DNA of 63,989 nucleotides, the filler included, from Trypethelium eluteriae (Eukaryota): NCBI GenBank assembly GCA_051942245.1. It is 3 parts of 3 records of this genome, joined end to end, with 100 filler letters (N's around TTAATTAATTAA, not from the genome) between each part and the next. Parts side by side here need not be neighbours in the genome. Positions count along the whole stretch, not along the records: positions 21,770 to 43,371 come from JAVECL010000467.1; positions 43,472 to 63,989 come from JAVECL010000495.1; 1 more part is not named here. One strand, given 5' to 3'. Within the stretch, counting starts at the first letter, position 1. Each line of letters begins with the position of its first letter. A model generated the notes under the pieces. It did not search any database. It was given only the letters and a program-made list of their open reading frames with translations, and was not told where the DNA came from. The position numbers and the translations under genes are program-made. This document shows positions 37,990-49,461 of the stretch, piece by piece.

Positions 37990-39747
37990 TCACCTAAAGC
38001 TCGAAAAACTTGCCATCGAGTTCAGAGATGCATAACGTCTTCGTTCCTCCCGGATATCTGCCGTACCACTTGAATGTCGACGATCAAGAGTCAAGTCCAT
38101 ATCCGAGCCACTCTCCTCCCTCGATCTTCGAATATCTTGCGCAGAGGTTTGCGTTGACTCGCTGTCTAGACGACGACTGCGCACGTCATCCTGCGTCAAA
38201 GAACCATGTGATCTTGGTGATTGAGGAATGTATGGAGAAGGTGCAGCGGCAACTGGTACGCCAAGAACAGTTGCGCTTCCTCTTGGCGATTCGGAGTAAG
38301 AGACATGTCCAGAAAGGCGATGAGATGATGTTGTCAAGTAAGACACATGTCGACTTCTCTCGCCTCGATCTTGGCCATCATCAGAAACCACGACATTGGT
38401 TGGACGAGGCATGTCACTGGGGAATGCACTCCCTGCGTGCCAGATTTCCGGAGATATTGAACGACGCTGCTGATCTGGTTCCCCAATGTTATTTTGGCGA
38501 TGCCGCATAAACTCGATATACCCCTGCCCTCTGTGTTCCGAGCGGTCCGAGTCGAGGTCGAAAAGGAGATCCGGAGCGGATTGAGAAGCAGCAGCACGCA
38601 CGGACGAAGTAGATCCTCTTTTGCAGTGACAACCAGGATGGCAAAAGCATCTAATCGGCCTCTGCCTCGCTGGGTCGGCATTTGCCAGTCGTGTCTTTAA
38701 CGACCTTTTCTGCTTTCGCTTCTCAATGGTGTCAGAATCCTCCCTCTTGCTTTTCTTTTCGGTGTCATTTTGTGGGTTGGGGCTGATTTTGGCATTAAAA
38801 TCGTCCCCAACCTCTGCACGACTTTGCCTATCCTCAGGCTGGATACGAGAGCTCTCATAAGATTGAGGGAGGCGGGCCCCCGCATTGAGCGACTGCCCAG
38901 CTCCAATAGAGTTCGATGCAGGGTCAGCAAGATGCGACTGATGGTCACCTGCTCTTTTCTCGGCATCATTGTGACTAGTCGATCCCGTGGCAGAACGCTT
39001 TATTCTCGAGATCCGAAATTCCACATCAAAACCCAAGCGTGCAAGAATTCTCTTAAACCGTTTCCTAGTGCGTGATGAATTTTTCGGTGCAGTTTGTGGG
39101 GGAGTATTGCTCGTTTGGGTTGGTGGATCCTGGACATCAGTAGGCCGAGATGGTGCCTGCGGTGTCAACTCAGGACTCTCAATGGTTGGTGCTGCTGCTG
39201 GACTTTCAGCCTCGGCGGTGGTTGACGGCACTGGAAGTAAGGAGGTACTAGATTCTTCTGAACCTCTAGGCATGGGAGGGACGATGTCATCGCTTTGAGC
39301 CTCGGCGACAGAAGTGAGGTGGGCCAACGAGTTGTGAGTCTCTTGCAATCCAGGTGCAGCAAAAGCCAGTGAAGCTGCCGACGTCGAGCAGATAGCAAGA
39401 GCAAGCGGATGAATGCGGTCTTCGCTGTCAGATGCTAAGGTTTCCTGAGAAAGCAGTGATGAATGTGTCGAATTGCCGCCGAGGGAGAACCAATGTCTTT
39501 TGCATTTTTGGCAATGAACCCTACTGTACTGCAGCGGATTGAGGGAGAATCGCATTTTGTTGTGCCAGTGCTTACAATGAGGGCAGTTCCCGTGGAGCGA
39601 TATGGTCGTCACACTGACAAAGCTCGGCGTGTTCGACATGTTTCGTCCGGTTCTGCTTGCACCTGGGTTGCCGACAGTCGAACCGGATCCTACACCTGGG
39701 GCTTGCCGTGGACGGACCGTTTCACTGTTGCCTGAGGCGGACGCCAT
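37990..39747 (-). CDS. Hypothetical protein with N-terminal CxxC...CxxC zinc ribbon and long disordered Ser/Arg-rich region
   Basis: Long single-exon ORF; CPHCKHWH...CQKCKRHWFSLGGNSTHSSLLSQET; internal CFCHPGCHC. Confidence 0.7.
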   Translation of the reverse strand: MASASGNSETVRPRQAPGVGSGSTVGNPGASRTGRNMSNTPSFVSVTTISLHGNCPHCKHWHNKMRFSLNPLQYSRVHCQKCKRHWFSLGGNSTHSSLLSQETLASDSEDRIHPLALAICSTSAASLAFAAPGLQETHNSLAHLTSVAEAQSDDIVPPMPRGSEESSTSLLPVPSTTAEAESPAAAPTIESPELTPQAPSRPTDVQDPPTQTSNTPPQTAPKNSSRTRKRFKRILARLGFDVEFRISRIKRSATGSTSHNDAEKRAGDHQSHLADPASNSIGAGQSLNAGARLPQSYESSRIQPEDRQSRAEVGDDFNAKISPNPQNDTEKKSKREDSDTIEKRKQKRSLKTRLANADPARQRPIRCFCHPGCHCKRGSTSSVRAAASQSAPDLLFDLDSDRSEHRGQGYIEFMRHRQNNIGEPDQQRRSISPEIWHAGSAFPSDMPRPTNVVVSDDGQDRGERSRHVSYLTTSSHRLSGHVSYSESPRGSATVLGVPVAAAPSPYIPQSPRSHGSLTQDDVRSRRLDSESTQTSAQDIRRSREESGSDMDLTLDRRHSSGTADIREERRRYASLNSMASFSSFR

Positions 39748-40715
39748 GATGATATGCGAATATGCGGATTGCTTAGGCTGCAATACTTCACGTATACAAT
39801 GACCCAGCACCGTAGCCAACGTACGTCCAAGCAGCTTATGAAAGTATAGCTACCGCCTGCAAATACTGGTTAGCAAAGATTGTAGGATATCCAAGCGAAC
39901 AGGCCTGATTATCATAAGTACGCACCAAGAAAATGACAAGACAAGACCAGTAAAGAAAACACGCACGAGCAAGTGCTTTCGCAACGCTAACTAACGGACT
40001 ATAAGCGTGGAGGAATGGAACGGTGTGCTTATGGACCTTCCACATCGGACGGGACAGCCTGAGTAAAATAGGGCAGAACGCTGTGTTAGCCTAACCCGTC
40101 AACCTATACAACTAACAGGCAGCAAAAGCGACCTGCCTTTACTAGGATGGTTGTCAGCATGCATGGAGTTCAGGCAGTGCCAGTCACGGGCGGTACCTCA
40201 GCCCCCGTCGCCTCAACACTGCATAACGCACTAGAGGAAAATGATTGGGAGAGAAGGGTCGAAAACGTTAGTATGACGGGGCCGCAAAGAGAAGAAAACG
40301 TAGTAATTTTCGAAATAGTAATTCGAGAGATGTTACAAATTAAAAAGCTTCCGGATCTAGAGCAACAAGACCAGGTCGCGCAGGTGCATTAGCGGAGTTA
40401 TAACCTGGGCTCGATACGCCCGCTACCACGGCAAAAGGCATGCTAATTGTAGGTTAGGAGAGTAGTGAGCTGATGATAACAAGAAGCTTCTGAATACTTT
40501 ATTTTTTGCGCTCCAGAGATTGCTGCGCGTCCAGGATATCTTTGGAAATGAGAGTAGCAATACAATTCGATGATCATGTGAAACTGGAGATACGTATGTG
40601 GAAGTACCCACCTGAGGCTCAGGTCTCCAGACCCTGAGCGACTTACCTACCTTACCCACCTAGGTACCCAGAAGGCCTATCTCTTTTGAGCCTCTTGATC
40701 CTGCACTATTCCATC

Positions 40716-41300
40716 ATGGCTGAGCAAGAGACGGAGCCCCAACTTGTGTCTATCGTTTCACCATCAGGTCGCCTCTTGCTGAGAAGTCCAGAGAGCGCAG
40801 ACGCCGTAGCGATATTAGGCAACGTAACGAACCCGGAGAATGTTGCCTATTTGCCTCACCTTAATCATCAGTATCATACCTTGGAACATTACAGCGAACT
40901 GATCCAGCAGTGGCGAAACTCATCACTGGTGACTAATCTCTTCCTTGTCATCGTCCGACGTGATGATGACAAGATTATCGGGGACTGCAAGTTTGAATCA
41001 CTCAGCCCGGAAGGTGGAGACTGGGAGGTTGGCGATTGCAGTATCATGATCGATTCGGCGGAACAGGGCAAAGGCTATGGCCAAGAGGCACTCCGGACGC
41101 TCTTCGACTATGCATTCGGAACGTTGGGCCTGGACAGTCTGACCATGTCGACAGCTGAGGAGAATCTACCGATGAGAGGGCTAGCTGAGAAGATGGGCCT
41201 CCACGGTCGCATCGAGCCAAAACCACCATCAGGGAGACATATTGTGTATCGGCTCGCAGAGGAAAATTGGTGCATCAAGCACGGAAGAGTCGAGATCTAA
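40716..41300 (+). CDS. GNAT N-acetyltransferase, RimJ/RimL type, intronless
   Basis: SGRLLLR, KIIGDC, QGKGYGQEAL (acetyl-CoA motif), YAFGTLGL, ENLPMRGLAEKMG. Confidence 0.88.
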   Translation: MAEQETEPQLVSIVSPSGRLLLRSPESADAVAILGNVTNPENVAYLPHLNHQYHTLEHYSELIQQWRNSSLVTNLFLVIVRRDDDKIIGDCKFESLSPEGGDWEVGDCSIMIDSAEQGKGYGQEALRTLFDYAFGTLGLDSLTMSTAEENLPMRGLAEKMGLHGRIEPKPPSGRHIVYRLAEENWCIKHGRVEI

Positions 41301-41488
41301 AATCGACGACAGGGCGCAGGATCGGGAGGGAAAAGCTGGGTGGCGTGGGAGACGCTTGCGCTCGTGTGTGCTCTGCGTGTCTGCGCCCGGTGTTCTCTCG
41401 CGATGTTTGCCCCACGTCCGCAACGCTTCAGTGGCCGTGGCACCGTGGTGCGTGAGCTCTCAGACTGGACGCCAACGCCTTCACTGCG

Positions 41489-41498
41489 CCGGTCTCGG
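41489..41498 (+). promoter_or_regulatory. Leu3/LeuB-type binding site CCG-N4-CGG upstream of LEU2
   Basis: CCGGTCTCGG ending about 80 bp before the LEU2 ATG. Confidence 0.7.
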
Positions 41499-41578
41499 AG
41501 CAAAAATCATCGTACTTTAACAGCGAATTTGGGAGGCTTCGTCACACGACTTCCAACCGAATCATCGTCAAGGTAAAG

Positions 41579-42958
41579 ATGGCACCGGCCAGAATTGTTG
41601 TATTTGCAGGTAAGAATCCATCTTTCCATCTCCACTGCCGCAATCAGCCACCACTGACGTCACTGTGTAGGGGACCATTGTGGACCAGAGGTAGGCTGAG
41701 CCTCGTGCAATTGTCTTTTGACGACCAGAACTGATAGGCAGCAGGTTACAGCAGAGGCTTTGAAGGTATATACCGTCATCAACTGCTCTTGCTTTGGTGC
41801 CTGGCTGAATCGTTATAGGTGCTTAGAGTCATCGAAAAAGAGTCGGATCTCCAATTCGATTTTCAAGAGCATTTACTCGGAGGGGTATGCGCACATTTTG
41901 TCTCCTGCACCCTGAAGATTGCACTGATACCTTTGGCTAGGCGTCAATCAACGCGACAGGTCAGCCTCTGACTGACGAGGCTTTGAATGCAGCCAAAGAT
42001 GCCGACGCCGTCATCTTGGGGGCAATAGGTGGTCCAGTAAGTGTCATAGTACAAACACACAAACTCTGGCTTACTGGCCTTCCCAAAGGAATGGGGTACG
42101 AGCCAAGTCCGCCCTGAACAGGGAATCCTTAAGCTCCGTAAAGAGATGGGCACATTTGGGAACCTTCGACCATGTTTCTTCGCCTCAGAAGCTCTCGTCG
42201 ACACATCGCCTCTGAAACCTGAAGTCTGCCGCGGCACAAACTTCATGGTTCTCCGCGAGCTCACGGGAGGTATTTACTTCGGTGACCGTAAAGAAGACGA
42301 TGGCAGTGGTTATGCACTGGACACAGAACCCTACTCGCGGATGGAAATCGAACGAGTGACAAGACTAGCGGCATACCTGGCCATGGCAGAAGACCCACCA
42401 CTGCCGGTATGGAGTTTGGATAAAGCCAACGTCCTGGCAACGTCGAGACTCTGGAGGAAGACAGTGACCGAGTTGATGGCTAAGGAGTTCCCGAATCTCA
42501 AGCTTGGTCACCACCTCATCGACTCTGCAGCCATGTTGATGGTAAAGAACCCACGAGCCCTGAACGGTGTCATTGTTACAAGCAACCTATTCGGCGACAT
42601 CATTACTGATGAAGCAAGCGTCATACCCGGTAGTCTCGGCCTACTACCTAGCGCCAGCTTGGCCGGTATTCCAGATGGTAAGACAAAATGCAATGGCATC
42701 TACGAGCCTATCCATGGATCAGCGCCGGACATCTCGGGTAAAGGAATCGTCAATCCAGTGGCGGCGATTCTATCGGTGGGTATGCTATTGAAATATTCTC
42801 TACTTCGACCAGACTTGGCTTCAAAGATTGACGCTGCCGTGCGAACGGTGATAGAGAGTGGTGTAAAGACTACCGATATCGGCGGAACAGCGAGCACTAA
42901 GGAGGTAGGTGATGCAGTCGCTAAGGAATTAAGCTCGATCATCAAGAGTGGCAAATAG
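41579..42958 (+). CDS. LEU2: 3-isopropylmalate dehydrogenase (several short 5' exons)
   Basis: [24 protein letters not shown]|...|LGAIGGP|EWG...[56 protein letters not shown]. Confidence 0.97.
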
Positions 42959-43371
42959 GACGAGGCTGTGAGATACTGAGCATTCCTGCCCGGGAGACTT
43001 TTGGAATGTACCACCTTGCTCGGTGAAGATGGGAGCTGGCTTTACCCAGTCTACGAACACATAACGTTTACCGAGCCTCTTATAAGGTACAAGTGCTACC
43101 ATTCATGCAAGCCTTTTTTATGCTCGACTCTCCCTTGACGTAGGTCTTCCAGATTCCCACAAATGAAGAAATCCCTGCTGCCCCACAAATTTTTGTAGTT
43201 GCAATGATTCAGCGATAGAGATCCGACCTTCCCATTCCTCCACCTCCCACCCTCTCCAACCCCCACCCATCTCCTATCCACATCTCCTCACTGACCCAAA
43301 TACTCCTTCAACACCTCCACAATCACCTGATGATCCTCCTCCTGCCTCAACCCACTCACCACCACCCCCCC

Positions 43372-43471
43372 NNNNNNNNNNNNNNNNNNNNNNNNNNNNN
43401 NNNNNNNNNNNNNNNTTAATTAATTAANNNNNNNNNNNNNNNNNNNNNNNNNNNNNNNNNNNNNNNNNNNN
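43372..43471. other. Artificial contig-joining linker (N44-TTAATTAATTAA-N44)
   Basis: Same structure as 21670-21769. Confidence 0.97.
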
Positions 43472-43556
43472 CCCTAGTACAAGCACAGCTTGTAGCAGGT
43501 ATGTAGAGTGGTCTCAGAGTTTTTCACGTAGGAGCGGAGTGTCAAGGATCCAATGA

Positions 43557-43950
43557 TGTAAGAAGGGTTACTAAGCTTTGAACAACTTGGCAAGGAATAA
43601 GGACTTGTTTAATTCGGCTTGTAAGTAACTGTAGGTATAGTTTTGGTATGATAATAAAACGCGAGGAAGTTAGTTAAGCTGGTTTCCTCCTATATATATA
43701 TACTTGTGATCTTTTTTAATCACAGCTGTTATCCTCTTAATCAGATCTTTACTAATCTTGGGTTGATTATTACTAATTAGTGTGATAACCCGTGATCTGT
43801 AAATAATCACCCTAGATCGCTCTATCCTGATCTGTGGCTTATCACTACTAATCAGTTACGTGACCTTTACTCGTTACGACCTGTCTGTGGAACGCTCGCA
43901 GCAAGTACAAAGGAGATGGCGTTCAGCCTTGACGCGGCTGGGTCGTAACA
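43557..43950. mobile_element. Degenerate LTR-like remnant(s)
   Basis: Begins TGTAAG, AT-rich with a TATATATA box. 43872-43950 is bounded by the inverted repeat gttacgacc/ggtcgtaac(a), resembling Gypsy LTR termini. No TSD found. Confidence 0.35.
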
Positions 43951-43984
43951 AGCACTGTGTTGTTAATATTATAGGTTTTTTTTA

Positions 43985-45022
43985 GTAATAAACACACTAC
44001 TAAAGCACTATAAGCAACAGAAGGATATCTATACTGTAATAAAGACTAGAGACAAAAAGATACTCCACTCTATCGAAATAGGCTGGTATTTGCTTAATAA
44101 ATATTATTAAAAGACTGATAAAGCTTTACTCTACATAGCAGCCCTATTACTTAACTTATAACAGTAAGCTGTCTATCTTAAGTAAAATTGGCCAAGCAGC
44201 TAGTATTTCCTTACCCTTAAGTAAGCTAATAAGATCTTTAATAATGAGTATAAGCATACTGCTCTACCTACTGTTGATTAATCTCCTTTTAAGTCTCCTC
44301 CCTTTTAACAACCTTATAACCTACTTAATAACCTTTTTAACAGCTTAAAAGTTAGAGCAGTGGCTGGAAATAGTAATTATAACTTTATAAGCTTTATAAA
44401 AAGCAACCTAATTAATATAGAAAGCCTCACACCTCTAGAGTGGTGGTGTAAGCCTAAGCAATATCAGCGCTACCCTTAGCTTAGTATAATAACAATTACA
44501 ATCTTATTAATACCTCCAGAGTTAGCAGAGCCTAAGCAAGTCTTCTTTGGAGCTAGACAGACCTGCTCATAAGATTGGTTAAGCCTTAAGACTGAGAAGA
44601 TTAAAATAATTAAGTATCTAGGCAGCTGGCTAAGAGAAGATTTAATCAGGCCCAATTACCTTAACACCATGGAGCTCTTTATAAAAACAGCAGTGGGCGA
44701 CAAAGATAAAGAAGATCAGAACACCAGCAATAAAGATATAGAGATCTCTACTTTCTTAGAAGCTCTATAAAGCTTTCCCAAACCACATCCACGTTACTAC
44801 CACTATCTTGCCTTTATATTGCTATATTATATTGCATTGACTTCGGGCTCCTTATATTATCTTGCGTTGACAACGTCGTTGTTATCATGATAAGCAATCT
44901 GCCCAGGTATGGTGGGCCCTGTTGCCGCCGATTGTTGTTGCCTCTTTTACCAGGGCTGTTCCCGTCAGCCTAGCCGTGCCGCAATAAGCAATTGCGAGGC
45001 TGTACACAATGCTTGTCAACTA
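43985..45022 (+). mobile_element. RIP-inactivated hAT DNA transposon (3' part of transposase plus probable right end)
   Basis: Degenerate translation GWYLLNKYY*KTDKALLYIAALLL...NWPS and PLEWWCKPKQYQRYP*LSIITITILLIPPELAEPKQVFFGARQTCS*DWLSL...YLGSWL is the hAT C-terminal dimerisation domain. Strong TpA excess; terminus ...cttgtcaacta at 45022. Confidence 0.85.
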
Positions 45023-45175
45023 AACCTTGTCCATGCATCCGCTTCTACAGAATGTCCCACACATGACCGCCAGGGCTGTGTAAGTAAGGCGCTGCCGAAA
45101 CCCCTCTCCCTGTGGTCCCGCACTCTCTTCAGAATCCTATACTCTGCAAGTTCAATTCTCACCTCTTCGAGTGAT

Positions 45176-46786
45176 ATGGCTCCAGCATCTACAGGTTATA
45201 CGAGTCCCGGCTCGATGCTGGCCATCAGCTCAGTGTTGCCGGCTTTAGATATCATCATTGTCGCATTGCGCTTCTACACAAGACGGTACCAGAATGCTCC
45301 CTTGCAGCTGGACGATTGGTGAGTAACGAACGCCTAATTAGTCTTGAAGCTGATCGCGATAGGATGCTCATTCCGGCACTGGTCAGCACTCAAAATCTCG
45401 CGAGGCGTCCTAATACTCATTCGAACAGGTCTTCACAGTCGCCATGGGTGTAGATTTAATCGTTGGTTAGTTTGTTATTTAGTCAATGCATGGTGGGACT
45501 CTCACTGACAGCATATAGGAGTCAAGGGCCATGGAATTGGCTACCGGACACCTCCTCCAAATGTACCAGGTCCGGAAGGACCACTTCTCTCGATTTCTCC
45601 AGAGGTCACTCTTGCTGATACGGTGTGTGCTTGACGATCAAGAAATCTGTCAACAGACTTGCTAAAACCTAAGACAGGTTGAGTGGATAAGTCTCTGGCT
45701 ACAACCTCTGGCACTTGGTTGCATTAAGATTAGCATTCTTGCTTTTTATCGACGTGTGTTTGACGCTCGTAAAAAAGGGTTCTTCCACGTTATGATCCAG
45801 CTATTCATTGGATTCCTTGTTGTCTGGATAATTGCGTTCTTTTTTGTAGAGTTCTTTATGTGTGGTACAGCTTTTTCAAATCTTTGGGGACCATACATCA
45901 CTCTGCACACGAAATGTTCGAACGGCCACGCTCTGTGGATTGACGAGGCTTTCTCCATCTCCGACTTCATCTTGGATATATTAGTATTTTTTGTACCCCT
46001 CCCAAATGTGAGTGATGCACAGTGAAGGTGGTACATGCTGTGAATTTTTACGCTGATTTATTCCCCCAGATCTGGTCTTTACAAATGACCCTAAAGCGTC
46101 GGCTACTTGTCAGCCTTATTTTCGTTGTTGGTGCCCTGTAAATCTCGCTCCGGCACATTGAAAAGCCCTCGAGACTATGTAGTCGATTGCAGCTAAATCT
46201 CCAGTGCTATCGTTGGCTCAGGTATCCGTATGGCCATATTTATACAAGTGCTTGACGGCATTTACAGTAAGAAGTCGAGGTCCGATGACTGTTCGATTGC
46301 TAATAGTGGCTTCAGGTTCCATAGACTCCCAGGATGGGCTAAGTAGGTGGACTTTGGCTGCCCTCGAGAGTTCGTGCTGACTCCTGCCCAGTTTCTATCG
46401 CGCAGTTCCTGTTTTGGAGCATGCTAGAAGCTGGTCTAGCGGTGATAGTGACCTGTCTTCCGACACTCAATTTCCTCTTTGGAAAGCTCAATGCAACATC
46501 GATGCTTTCGAGCATACGTAGTATACTGTCCCTCGATTCATTGCGCTCGGGTCGAACAGGTGATAGCGGCGAGTCGCGTCATAGAGATGACACTCGAACC
46601 GTTGCAGACAACGCATCTGCCTCCTCACAACTGAAGATGATTCCATCGATGACAGGTGATAATGAACAGCATCCCTTTGGCGTGGAAACGCATGTGATGA
46701 GCGATCTCGAGGATCAGCGGGATCCTCCCGCAGGTCAGATTATGGTACACAGTGACGTGCAACATAGCAATCTGAACAAGCACTAA
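45176..46786 (+). CDS. Pth11-like (rhodopsin-domain) integral membrane protein, many introns
   Basis: IVALRFYTRR...LQLDDW|, LGCIKISILAFYRRVF, FFMCGT, SISDFILDILVFFVPLP|IWSLQMTLKRRL, FWSMLEAGLAVIVTCLPTL. Confidence 0.9.
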
Positions 46787-47313
46787 GGAGCAGCTGTTGT
46801 ACTAGTCGTCCTAGGTACGACGAAGCGCTTTGTTTAGCAATGAGGTGGTCGTCCTTGACCCTGTTATTTTTATGCGCAAGGAGCTAGACGTAAGACAAGG
46901 CATACGGCGGTCTCGTCAGTAGAAGCGAGATACGGAATTAGCGTATGCTCAGAGTATTTTCTGCTGAATATTGAGCCGCAACACCCAACCCTTTGTAGCA
47001 GTACAAAGGTGTAACGGTTGTGCGATCTTAACAAAATTCGAATTTGAATGAATGTAGACATTTAGAAAGCTTCTGTACAAACTTACGCGTTTCGGGAAGT
47101 CACTGGCTGGCATGTCGCAAATTGTGTTATGAAGGGTGACCATGAACGCCGAAAGTGATCGAACCCATCGCAATCTCGATCCGGTAATTTGAGCTGCGCG
47201 ATGACGAGAGAAAGTGTTGCCTTGCATCTCCAACAGCGGTCAGAAAGCTATAAGTACAGAATCGTGTCCAGCTGAAACCCCAGTATTGTACTTTCACCTT
47301 TGCTGTTTTTGCG

Positions 47314-48674
47314 ATGGGAGGCTCAGAGAAGCTGCGCGTTGCCGTGACTGGCGGCGGCCTGGCAGGCGCTGCTATTGCCAATGCCCTATTTCGCCAGCCG
47401 CACTTAGACGTACACATTTATGAGTCTGCCCCCGAGTTCTCGGAACGTGGTCAAGCTATTGGCTTAGCTGTCAACGCGCAGCGAGCGCTTGCTCGCCTTC
47501 TGCCGGACGCTGAGGATGTTTTTCAGCGTGCTGGCGCTGTGCCGATGCACTCAACTCGTATTCTCATGGTAGATCAGACTGCTTATAGACAGTATAAACA
47601 CCGCTGACTGGAGCTGTGATAGGGATCTGGACCGGCTGCAGGAACTAAAGTCATTGATCTTGCGGAAGAGAATCCGGGCAAGATCCTTCACAGGGCCGCA
47701 CTATTGCACGAACTGCTAGCGCCTATGCCCCCGGAGATTATGCACGCAAACAAAAAGCTCTCGGCGATTGAAGAGCACAGCAATGCACTAGTCTTGCAAT
47801 TTGAGGATGGCTCTACAGCAGAAACAGATGCACTCATTGGCGCTGATGGCCTTTTTGGGTCCGTGCGGTCTCATGTCCTTGGCGCCGACCACCCGGCCGT
47901 CAAACCTGTAGCGGCCGGCTGGGCTGGAGCACATAATCTCGTTTCTTACGACACTGCAAGCAACAAACTTGGAAGGGAGCTGTTTGAGGAGGACAGGCAA
48001 TATGGTTGGATCGGAGAGGGAGGACTGTTCATGCACGATGTCTTGAATGATAGAAAGATTGTCCAATGCGTGGGCAGCTCTGTCGACCGCAACCCCTCGT
48101 CGGAAAGGAGACGGTCTATCGATCGCCAATACCTGGAACATGCCTTCTCTACATGGCTTGATGGACCTGTCGCGGGAAATATGATTGACGTGTGTCCCTA
48201 CCTCGAGAACTCTCGACATCTGAACTAACGCAATTGCTCTTCTAGCTTTTACTCGACCAAGAAAAGCCTGCCGTCTTTGCGCAGTGGGAACATTCCGACG
48301 CTCCTTCCTACGTCAAAGAGAACATATGCATCGCAGGTGATGCAGCCCATGCCATGACACCTTGGCAGGGCAGCGGTGCGGCTATGGCCCTGGAGGACGC
48401 CGTTGTGCTTGGCGCGTTGTTCGCTCAAATACATTCTCGATCTCAAATTGCAGGCGCATTCAGAGCCTACGATGCCATCCGCCGTCCACGTACGCAGCAT
48501 ATCGCAGCCTCTAGTAGGCTCACCGGCCGCATAATGACCGGCCTTGTGGAAGAGATCGGGACCGACCCGGAGAAGTTACACGCGGCGTTGAAGGATCGCT
48601 GGGACTATATCTATGACTTTGATCTGGGTAAGCATGTCGATGAAGCGGTGTCTATGCTTCAAGCTGCTCAATGA
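47314..48674 (+). CDS. FAD-dependent monooxygenase, salicylate-hydroxylase-like (3 exons)
   Basis: VAVTGGGLAG, IYESAPEFSERG, LIGADGLFGSVR, IAGDAAHAMTPWQGSGAAMALEDA, AYDAIRRPR. Confidence 0.93.
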
Positions 48675-49461
48675 GGAGATACGAGGGACTTCCGGGATGT
48701 GAACGGACGGCATAGGCACAAGGAGCACAATGATCAATCATTGATCTAGCTCGGCCTTGGTGTATCTATAACGTAGTTGCATCATAGCTCGACGGCACCC
48801 GCACTCGCTCCGCCAAGTAAAGCGCCGCCGCTTCATATCTGTGCTTGCGGTCCTCGTTTTTGACAAGCCTTCTGAGCCTTGGACAGCACTTGCCGCCTCT
48901 CTGCCAGCTTCGTCCCTCGGCCATGTTGTGTCACATGTGCTCGAATGTTTGAGAAGAGAGATACTTATAGGTTAAGTACCTATATGAAATCGTGGAAAGC
49001 TTACCTAAGTTATCAATCACGTGCGGCATTGTTCCTGGCAGAACGCGCTTTCACCTTCGAAATCATTATTGCAATGCCAATCGAAATATCAATACTATCG
49101 CCCCCCTTCTTGCCTGCTCATAGGGCAAAGGCCTCTGTTCTTACATGCTCAAGCGATCTCTTGACAGCCTTGCTCTACAGACTGAATCCAAGTGCATGCT
49201 TGAGGAAAGAGGTAGCTTCTTGATATTCGATCACGCATCAGCGCAAAAAAGCCATGCCGGAAACACGTCTCGCTCAATTCATGTCCGCGTACCATTCGAT
49301 GTTGGATTAAGTATGGTAAGCGATAGCGAATCCGGCAAACTGATGTGCTGGCTTGCCGAGTACCATTGTTTTCGCGTTCACGGAAGCTCAGAAGAGATAT
49401 TGCTCGTGTAAGTGTTACGCTGAAGGTTGCAGCGCTCTTGAGGAAACACAACTTCACCGCT

